From Luteolibacter sp. (lineage in GTDB: Bacteria > Verrucomicrobiota > Verrucomicrobiia > Verrucomicrobiales > Akkermansiaceae), in the NCBI GenBank assembly GCA_047921195.1, contig JBLRWN010000009.1, positions 396 to 64,395 on the forward strand: DNA of 64,000 nucleotides, given 5' to 3'. Under the pieces are notes generated by a model that saw only the letters and a program-made list of their open reading frames with translations, had not been told where the DNA came from and ran no database searches. Positions 49,353-56,068 of the stretch are shown here, piece by piece (positions within the stretch are counted from its first letter, which is position 1; the number at the start of each line of letters is the position of its first letter). The position numbers and the translations under genes are program-made.

Positions 49353-49922
49353 ATGAGCCCCTCCGTTGTTGTCCTCGATGCCTGCACGCTCTACCCGGCG
49401 GCCTTGCGCGACGTCCTGATGCGACTGGCTCTTCACCAACTCATCCACGCCCGCTGGACGGATGCCATTCACGACGAATGGATAGAGGCGGTGCTCCGCG
49501 ACCGGCAGGATCTTACCCGTGAGCGCTTGCAACGGACCCGTGAACTGATGGATTTTCATTCGGAGGGTAGTCTGGTCACGGGTTACGAACATCGGATTCA
49601 AGATCTCGAACTACCCGATAAGGATGACCGCCATGTGCTGGCAGCCGCCATCGAAACGGAAGCCGACAGCATTCTCACTTGGAATTTGAAGGACTTCCCC
49701 GTGGCTTTACTCGCCAGCCATGGAATCCACGCGACGACCCCGGACGAGTTGCTCTCCAGACTCAGTAAAGACCACCCGGAGGAGATGATCACCGTCCTGC
49801 GCGAGGCGCGTCTCTGCTTGAGACAGCCACCGGTTTCGGCCGCCGAATACCTTGCGACCTTGAGCAACCAAGGACTGATCCGCACCTGCGCAATTCTCCA
49901 ACCGCGAATTCATGAACTGTAA
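49353..49922 (+). CDS. PIN-domain toxin (VapC-like)
   Basis: VVLDACTLYP, WTDAIHDEW, DKDDRHVLAAA, ILTWNLKDFP. Confidence 0.88.
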   Translation: MSPSVVVLDACTLYPAALRDVLMRLALHQLIHARWTDAIHDEWIEAVLRDRQDLTRERLQRTRELMDFHSEGSLVTGYEHRIQDLELPDKDDRHVLAAAIETEADSILTWNLKDFPVALLASHGIHATTPDELLSRLSKDHPEEMITVLREARLCLRQPPVSAAEYLATLSNQGLIRTCAILQPRIHEL

Positions 49923-49974
49923 TGTCAGCAATCCCGTACATCCTCACGGTTGGAAATGATCCAGTCTCTCTGAT

Positions 49975-50102
49975 CCGCCGCCCTGTTCTGGATCGACCCC
50001 ACCGACCCCGAAGCCGGCGGCACCGGCCACACCATCCGCGTCTGCCGCCTCCAAGGCGTCCCTGTGATCTTCCAACGCGATTGGCAGGCCTGGGCGACTT
50101 GA
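49975..50102 (+). pseudogene. Orphan 3' fragment of SLOG gene (direct repeat copy 2)
   Basis: Encodes AALFWIDPTDPEAGGTGHTIRVCRLQGVPVIFQRDWQAWAT-stop with no 5' part. Confidence 0.85.
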
Positions 50103-50105
50103 TGC

Positions 50106-50193
50106 GCTTATGACACAATCCCACCACCAACCTAACCTCCACCCCGATTCCGCTTCACACCCATAGGCCTTTTCGCTTTTCTCACAGAGTGCT
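50106..50193 (+). repeat. Conserved ~88-bp intergenic element, copy A
   Basis: gcttatgacacaatc...ctccaccccgattccgcttcacacc...gccttttcgcttttctc...gtgct; homologous to 52227-52313. Confidence 0.8.
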
Positions 50194-50243
50194 CAGCAAC
50201 CAACTGGAGCCTTCTGAAAACCTCCCCCACACAGCCATCCGAC

Positions 50244-51620
50244 GTGCATCCCGAATCCCAACACCTCGAATACAAACGCGAGATTACCGACACTCTCGAA
50301 CGCGAGGTCGTGGGCTTTCTCAACAGCCGCGAAGGCGGGCGCATCCTGATCGGAGTGGATGATTCTGGAACGATCCTCGGACTCGCCGATCCGGATGGCG
50401 ATCAGCTCAAGATCAAAGACCGCTTGAAGCAGAATATCCAGCCCTCATGCCTCGGCCTCTTCGACGTATTGATCGAGGAGAGCGAGGGAAAAACTTGGAT
50501 CAAACTGCTCGTCGCCAGCGGTTCGGAAAAACCCTACTACCTCCGCAAGCAAGGCATGAGCCCCCGGGGCTGCTTTCTGCGCATCGGCAGCGCCACCGAG
50601 CCCATGCCAGAGCGCCAAATCGAGGCCCTTTTCGCCAAACGCACACGCAATTCCATCAGCCGCATCGCATCCCCACGCCAGGACCTCAAATTCTCCCAAC
50701 TCAAAATTTACTACGAAGCAACGGGACGCGAACCCAATGCCCAGTTTCTCAAAAACCTCGAACTCTTCACCGAGGACGACCGCTACAACTACGCCGCCTA
50801 TCTATTGGCGGACATCAACAACACGTCCATCAAAGTCGCCAAATATCGTGGCACAGACCGGGTCGATCTGATCGAAAACGAGGAATACGGAAATTGCTGC
50901 CTGGTCAAGGCGACCAAACAGGTGCTCGACAAACTCGATCTCGAAAACCGCACCCTCACCCGCATCACCCCGAAAGAGCGTCAGGAAACCCGCCTTCTCG
51001 ATCCCGTCGCCCTGCGCGAGGCCGTGATCAACGCCATCATCCACAACGACTACAGCTACGAAGGCGTTCCCAAGTTCGAACTGTTTGCCGACAGACTGGA
51101 GATCACCTCAACCGGCAGCATTCCCCAGGGCCTGAGCGAAGCCGAGTTTTTCGAAGGCTACTCCATCCCCCGCAACAAGGAGTTGATGCGCATCTTCCGC
51201 GACCTCGACATGGTGGAATACCTTGGGTCCGGCATGCCCCGCATCCTCCGGGCCTACCCTAAGGAATGCTTCCGCTTCTGCGAAAACTTCACCCGCATGG
51301 TATTCCCATTCCCTTTGTCAGGGGCAGAGTCAGGGGCAGAGTCGAGGGCCCAGTCAGGGGCCCAGTCAGGGGCCCAGTCAGGGGCCCAGTCAGGGGCCCA
51401 GTCGGAACGCGTTCTCCTAGCGCTCACAGACTGCCCACTTTCTTCTCAAGAAATCGCTCTCATCCTCGACTTGGAATCCAAATCAGGATCCTTGAAGCGC
51501 TCACTGAAACAACTGCTCGAAGAAGGCTTGGTGGAATACACCATCCCCGAAAAACCCAACAGCCGCCTCCAAAAATACCGACTCACCGCACAAGGCAGAA
51601 AGATGAAGGATGAAGGATGA
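50244..51620 (+). CDS. AlbA_2 (Schlafen-like) domain plus ATP-binding RecG-C-like domain plus C-terminal wHTH
   Basis: ESQHLEYKRE, FLNSREGGRILIGVDDSG, ALREAVINAIIHNDYS, RNKELMRIF, GSGMPRI, KPNSRLQKYRLT. Confidence 0.85.
   Translation: MHPESQHLEYKREITDTLEREVVGFLNSREGGRILIGVDDSGTILGLADPDGDQLKIKDRLKQNIQPSCLGLFDVLIEESEGKTWIKLLVASGSEKPYYLRKQGMSPRGCFLRIGSATEPMPERQIEALFAKRTRNSISRIASPRQDLKFSQLKIYYEATGREPNAQFLKNLELFTEDDRYNYAAYLLADINNTSIKVAKYRGTDRVDLIENEEYGNCCLVKATKQVLDKLDLENRTLTRITPKERQETRLLDPVALREAVINAIIHNDYSYEGVPKFELFADRLEITSTGSIPQGLSEAEFFEGYSIPRNKELMRIFRDLDMVEYLGSGMPRILRAYPKECFRFCENFTRMVFPFPLSGAESGAESRAQSGAQSGAQSGAQSGAQSERVLLALTDCPLSSQEIALILDLESKSGSLKRSLKQLLEEGLVEYTIPEKPNSRLQKYRLTAQGRKMKDEG
51318..51401 (+). 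repeat. 7 x 12-bp in-frame tandem repeat (SGAE/SGAQ linker)
   Basis: tcaggggcagag x2, tcgagggcccag, tcaggggcccag x4. Confidence 0.92.
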
Positions 51621-51622
51621 AG
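51602..51622 (+). repeat. (gatgaag)x3 heptamer array supplying the start codon of the four-helix gene
   Basis: Read directly; reverse complement of the downstream ccttcat-type array. Confidence 0.8.
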
Positions 51623-51972
51623 GACAGACAGACCTCGTGGAACGGACGACCGAGTTCGCACTCCGGGTCGTGAGAATGTTCGTCGCCCTGCCGAAGACGG
51701 AGGAAGCCCGCGTTCTCGGCAGACAAGTCTTGCGCTCCGGCACATCCGTCGGCGCGAACTACCGTGAAGCCCAGCGCGCCCGCTCAAAAGCCGAATTCGT
51801 TTCCAAAATCGGCGACTGTCTCAAAGAGCTCGACGAGTCATCCTACTGGCTCGAACTCCTCGTCCGCTCCGAAATAGTCCCCGAAACCAAACTCGCGGCC
51901 CTCCGCGACGAGAACAACCAACTCTTGGCCATTTTCACCGCAATCTCTAAGAAAGCCAAAGGAGCCCCCTAA
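51610..51972 (+). CDS. Four-helix-bundle protein (23S rRNA IVS-protein/Avd-like family)
   Basis: LVERTTEFALRV, LGRQVLRSGTSVGANYREA.RARSKAEFVSKI...LKELDES.YWLELL. Confidence 0.93.
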   Translation: MKDEGQTDLVERTTEFALRVVRMFVALPKTEEARVLGRQVLRSGTSVGANYREAQRARSKAEFVSKIGDCLKELDESSYWLELLVRSEIVPETKLAALRDENNQLLAIFTAISKKAKGAP

Positions 51973-51978
51973 TCTTCC

Positions 51979-52062
51979 CCCTCAGCCCTCATCCTTCAGC
52001 CCTCATCCTTCAACCCTCATCCTTCAACCCTCATCCTTCAACCTTAAACCTTCATCCTCCAT
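51979..52062 (+). repeat. 12 degenerate heptamers (ccctcat/ccttcaa family)
   Basis: ccctcag ccctcat ccttcag ccctcat ccttcaa ... cctccat. Confidence 0.9.
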
Positions 52063-52234
52063 CCACAAAGCCAAAGGCCTCGACTCCAAAGCCGTCATCC
52101 TCATCGGCATGCCCCCGCAGCAAGATCTCGCCAGCGACTACGAGAAATACACCTGGTTCATGGCCGTCAGCCGGGCGCGGCAGATGCTGGCCGTGGTGGA
52201 AGGGCGAAGCGGCCACTCCGACGAGTGCTTATAA
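52061..52234 (+). pseudogene. 3' fragment of a UvrD-like SF1 helicase gene
   Basis: IHKAKGLDSKAVIL (motif V-like) and FMAVSRARQML (motif VI-like), then stop; no 5' part. Confidence 0.75.
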
Positions 52235-52313
52235 CACAATCTAAGATCTGCTAAATCTCCACCCCGATTCCACTTCACACCCTCCCGCCTTTTCGCTTTT
52301 CTCCGAACGTGCT
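52227..52313 (+). repeat. Conserved ~88-bp intergenic element, copy B
   Basis: Homologous to 50106-50193. Confidence 0.8.
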
Positions 52314-52359
52314 TTACCGACCATTCACCTCCCTCAACTTGCGTCCCACTTGAAGTGCA

Positions 52360-53385
52360 ATGAGACAGGATCTCCCACAGCCCTCCGGCGAATTCCTCTT
52401 TTACTCCGGCCCCGATGGACGGATGAAGGTGGAGTGCCGCTTTCAAGACGAGACGCTCTGGCTCACCCAGCGGCTCATGGCCGATCTGTTCGGGGTCGGC
52501 GTTCCCGCGATCAACAAACACCTGAAAAACATCTTCGAGTCCGGGGAATTGAGGGAAGAAGAGGCTATTTCCATTTTGGAAACAACCACTCCCCACGGTG
52601 CAATTGAGGGGAAAACCCAGACCCAGAAGACGCGTTTCTACAACCTCGACGCCATCATCGCGGTGGGCTACCGGGTCAACAGTTACCAAGCCACGCAGTT
52701 CCGGATATGGGCGACGCGGACTCTCAAAGAGTTCATCATCAAGGGCTTCGTGATGGACGACGAGCGTCTCAAGCAGGGCGGCACGGTCTTTGGCGTGGAT
52801 TACTTTGAGGAATTGCTGGAGCGCATCCGCGAAATCCGGGCCAGCGAGCGACGGTTTTACCAGAAAATCACCGACATCTACGCCACTGCGGTCGATTATG
52901 ACCCCAAGGCACCGGTCACCCGCGAATTCTTTGCCACCGTCCAGAACAAGCTCCACTGGGCCATCACCGGCAAGACCGCCGCCGAGCAGATCTACGCCTC
53001 CGCCGATGCCGAGAAACTCCACATGGGACTCACCAGCTGGAAAAACGCACCCCAGGGAAAAATCCTGAAGTCGGACATCACGGTCGCTAAAAACTACCTG
53101 AGCGCGAAGCACATCGAGGAGCTGAATCGCATCATTTCCGCCTACCTCGAACTCGCCGAAAACCGCGCCCGCCGGGGCATCTTTACGAGAATGAATGAAT
53201 GGGTCACGTTCCTCCACAGCTTCCTGGAACTTTCCAACTACCCCATCCTGCAAGACGCCGGGAAGGTTTCCGCCGTAGAAGCCCACCTGAAAGCCGAGGC
53301 GGAATTTGAAACCTTCCGCAAACGCCAAGATCTCGAATACCGATCCGACTTCGACGAGGAAATCCGCCGCATCCAAGGAGACTAA
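52360..53385 (+). CDS. RhuM-family protein
   Basis: TLWLTQRLMADLFGV, FYNLDAIIAVGYRVNS..ATQFRIWAT, DYFEELLERIREIRASERRFYQK, FFATVQNKLHWA. Confidence 0.92.
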   Translation: MRQDLPQPSGEFLFYSGPDGRMKVECRFQDETLWLTQRLMADLFGVGVPAINKHLKNIFESGELREEEAISILETTTPHGAIEGKTQTQKTRFYNLDAIIAVGYRVNSYQATQFRIWATRTLKEFIIKGFVMDDERLKQGGTVFGVDYFEELLERIREIRASERRFYQKITDIYATAVDYDPKAPVTREFFATVQNKLHWAITGKTAAEQIYASADAEKLHMGLTSWKNAPQGKILKSDITVAKNYLSAKHIEELNRIISAYLELAENRARRGIFTRMNEWVTFLHSFLELSNYPILQDAGKVSAVEAHLKAEAEFETFRKRQDLEYRSDFDEEIRRIQGD

Positions 53386-53513
53386 GAATCTAGCAGTGAT
53401 TCATTTCAGTATTTGCCCTCGCTCCGCTCACGCCATGCCAATTCCGCTTCGCCAAAAGCAACCGCCGCTACCGCTCCCACCGCATTCAGCCTCTAAAAAT
53501 TTCAGCTTCTCCG

Positions 53514-53588
53514 CATTTCAGAATTTGACCTCGTAACCTCAGTCCAAGCAAACAGGCTTCGCATCAAATAAAGTTCGCGAAGCTCACA
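53514..53588 (-). repeat. Right copy of ~75-bp inverted repeat
   Basis: gaatttgacctcgtaacctcagtccaagcaaacagg...gttcgcgaagctcaca; reverse complement of 47753-47827. Confidence 0.9.
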
Positions 53589-53596
53589 GGGCTTTA

Positions 53597-53628
53597 AGCT
53601 TTTCAGCTTTTCAGCTTTTCAGATTTTT
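53597..53628 (+). repeat. (agcttttc)x3 plus agattttt octamer array
   Basis: Read directly; related degenerate units at about 53497-53520 and on the minus strand at about 63805-63845. Confidence 0.75.
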
Positions 53629-53779
53629 CGCATTTACCCCACACCCCCCCATCTTCCTCCCGTGAACCTGGACCACGCGATCGAACGGCTCTACGCACTC
53701 AAGGTGGACACGACCACCCGCGACGGCGACGGCACCCCGCACGAGAAACCGCACAAGCCGTTGCTCCTCCTCGCCGTCC

Positions 53780-53828
53780 GTGGCTGGAGCCTCCGGCTCC
53801 AGGCCGTCCCCGGAGCATCTTGCTCCGG
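53780..53828. repeat. REP-like palindrome pair inside HNH remnant
   Basis: ctggagcc-tcc-ggctccag and ccggagca-tct-tgctccgg. Confidence 0.7.
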
Positions 53829-53940
53829 ATTTCCAAATGCCCTCGCCACACCCGATCACATCCCGTGGTGCCAGGAACTCCGCGACCGCTTCACCGCGCG
53901 CTTCGAGGTCGTCCGTAAGCTGAACGACCGCAACAGCCAA

Positions 53941-54002
53941 GGGAGCGCGGGCGTCTCGCCCGCTTCTTCTCCCTCCAATGCGGCCAAGATGGCCGCGCTC
54001 CC
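53941..54002. repeat. REP-like composite palindrome inside HNH remnant
   Basis: gggagcgcgggcgtctcgcccgc ... gcggccaagatggccgcgctccc. Confidence 0.75.
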
Positions 54003-54307
54003 CACCAACGGGCCTCGTCGCGCCGTAGCCCAATGGCGAAGGCGGATCGCCCTCTGCACAAACCACCACTAGGTCATGGACCGCGACATCATCGCTCCCG
54101 GGGCCGGACCTGCACTGGCATGTTTCGAAACTGATCGGTCCGCGCAGATCGAACAGCGAAGAGAAGCTCGCGGAGCTGGCAGGCCAGGCCTTGCTTCTGC
54201 CCAAAGATGAAGCTTTCTATCCAAATGCGGAGGGGTGGAGTGGAGGCTCAAGAAATTGACCGCCTGAAAATCATGGGCCGCAGGCAAAAACCCGCCATGA
54301 GCACCGA

Positions 54308-54658
54308 ATGCCGGATTGCCAGCCACTCCACAAAGTGTTTCATTTCCCCGGAACGACGATCACCCTCCAACCTTCCGTCCTGCAATGGGCGCGCCAGCGG
54401 GCACGGCTCGGCGTGGACGCGTTGGTCGCGAAATTCCGCAGGAAGGACGCGGAAAAAAGAATATCGGAGCAACCCATGATCGAAGAGCCGCAATTATCAA
54501 AACAGCTAACTGCTGCGGAGCGGCGACGCTTCGGCACGGCGCTTGTGGCGAACACGCGAAAAGGCAAAACGCTGTACCGCAACGGACTCGACCTGCTCGA
54601 CATGAAACGGGAATCCTCGTTCAAGGAATTCGCCCGGAACCTCGATTTCCCGCTCTGA
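54308..54658 (+). pseudogene. Internally deleted HTH-ImmA/IrrE-like gene
   Basis: N-terminal LQPSVLQWARQRARLGVDALVAK joined to C-terminal RRFGTALVANTRKGKTLYR..LL.MKRESSFKEFA; no HExxH core; family recalled, not searched. Confidence 0.5.
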
Positions 54659-54662
54659 CCCG

Positions 54663-54770
54663 ATGTATCTGCCTCCCAATGTCTGCGAAGCAATGGATGT
54701 GAAATGGGGCAAATGCTACGAGATGTTGAGAAAAGAACAGGCGAGCTTCCATCTTCGACCCGCACCATAA
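54663..54770 (+). pseudogene. Internally deleted DUF4411-like (PIN-like) gene
   Basis: MYL joined directly to PNVCEAMDVKWGKCYEMLRKEQASFHL, resembling the DUF4411 C-terminus; usual position after ImmA/IrrE genes. Confidence 0.4.
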
Positions 54771-54874
54771 TATTCCATCCAAGGTTTTGACACATCGGCT
54801 CCTGAAACCTAAAAGCCTTCCAACATGTCTCTGCCAATCCATCACGATTTAATTTATTAGAAGCCGGAAGATTA

Positions 54875-56068
54875 ATGAAGGTCACACCCACATCTAGTCA
54901 ATTTGTCAGCCTGTTCTCCGGGTGTGGCGGGTTCGATCTAGGTCTCATGAATTCTGGATTTATCCCATTGCATGCCTACGACCACTGCAAGGAGGCTGTT
55001 CAACATTACCAAAAGAATGTATGCGCAAGAGTTGAGCAAATCGATCTTACGCAGTTCGCACCCAGTCACTCGAAAGCGCCGGAGGTTGTGATCGCAGGGC
55101 CGCCGTGCCAAGGGTTTTCAACGGCGGGAAAGCGTGACGTGGCTGATAAGCGCAACCATTTACTGCCCTTGGCGGGCCGCCTCGCTGCTGACCTCAATCC
55201 GAAAGTCATTGTCATCGAAAACGTAGCCGCCGCCTCTTCTGGTGCTCATCGTCGCTATTGGGACGATGTCGAGAATTTCCTACGTTCCAAAGATTATCGA
55301 ACCCACACCCTGCGCGCGGACGCGGCTGAACTCGGCCTCGCTCAATCCCGTCGCCGCCTGCTCCTCTTTGCTTGGAACACCCGGCGCGACATCGATTTCG
55401 CGATTGTCCCTGTGCCAAAGGTATCCTTGGCCGATGTCTTGAGTGGCGTCGAACATCTTCCCAACCACGACCCGGAATCTTTAGACCCGTGCTCGCGCGA
55501 CTATCGAATCGCTACCCGCATCGGTCCAGGGCAAAAACTCAGCAATGTTCGGGGTGGCCCGCGCTCCGTCCACACATGGAACATCCCGGATGTATTTGGA
55601 ACAACCACAGCTGCCGAATGTCGCATGCTCGAGTTCATCATGCGCGTCCGCAGGCAACAGCGACGCCGGGATTTTGGCGACGCCGATCCGGTTTCTGTCG
55701 CCACGTTGAAGAGGGAATTCAAGAACCAAACTATGTGCTTGGTTCGTTCTCTTCTAGCAAAAGGATATTTGCGTCGGATCGGTGCATATCTCGACCTCTG
55801 CCACAGTTTCAATGGCAAATACCGACGTTTTCAGTGGGACAACAAGGCCTGCACCGTTGATACCCGTTTTGGCGAGGCGCAGCTTTTCCTGCACCCGAAC
55901 GAACACCGCCCCTTCACTATCCGCGAGGCTGCCCGCATCCAAGGTTTCCCAGACGACTACGAGTTCGATTGCGCCAAGCGCGCTGCGTTCCGCCTGATCG
56001 GGAATGCCGTCCCCCCTCCCATGGGGAGCATGGCCGCCAAATTCACACGGGAACTCCTTGGACAATGA
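54875..56068 (+). CDS. DNA (cytosine-5) methyltransferase
   Basis: Motifs I LFSGCGG, IV GPPCQGFS, VI ENV, VIII QSRRR, IX TIREAARIQGFPD, X IGNAVPP. Confidence 0.93.
   Translation: MKVTPTSSQFVSLFSGCGGFDLGLMNSGFIPLHAYDHCKEAVQHYQKNVCARVEQIDLTQFAPSHSKAPEVVIAGPPCQGFSTAGKRDVADKRNHLLPLAGRLAADLNPKVIVIENVAAASSGAHRRYWDDVENFLRSKDYRTHTLRADAAELGLAQSRRRLLLFAWNTRRDIDFAIVPVPKVSLADVLSGVEHLPNHDPESLDPCSRDYRIATRIGPGQKLSNVRGGPRSVHTWNIPDVFGTTTAAECRMLEFIMRVRRQQRRRDFGDADPVSVATLKREFKNQTMCLVRSLLAKGYLRRIGAYLDLCHSFNGKYRRFQWDNKACTVDTRFGEAQLFLHPNEHRPFTIREAARIQGFPDDYEFDCAKRAAFRLIGNAVPPPMGSMAAKFTRELLGQ

Larger units (their letters stand above)
53662..54267 (+). pseudogene. HNH restriction-endonuclease pseudogene with central deletion, nonsense codon, frameshifts and two REP-like insertions
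   Basis: N-terminal HEKPHKPLLLLAV; IALCTNHH-TAG-VMDRDIIAP; shifted frames give PDLHWHVS...LLLPKDEAFYP and LEWRLKKLTA-stop. Confidence 0.75.

Noticed and set aside
48729-51972. Diversity-generating retroelement (repeat pair plus Avd-like gene)
   Set aside because: The five differences between the 121-bp copies are not adenine-specific in one direction (g/a, t/c, g/a, a/c, a/g) and no reverse transcriptase is in the window.
51610-51972. 23S rRNA intervening sequence
   Set aside because: No rRNA sequence flanks the gene; only the protein family is shared.
50106-52313. Integron attC sites or Xer dif sites for the 88-bp elements
   Set aside because: No GTTRRRY end or long imperfect palindrome, no TTATGTTAAAT-like XerD arm, and no integron integrase.
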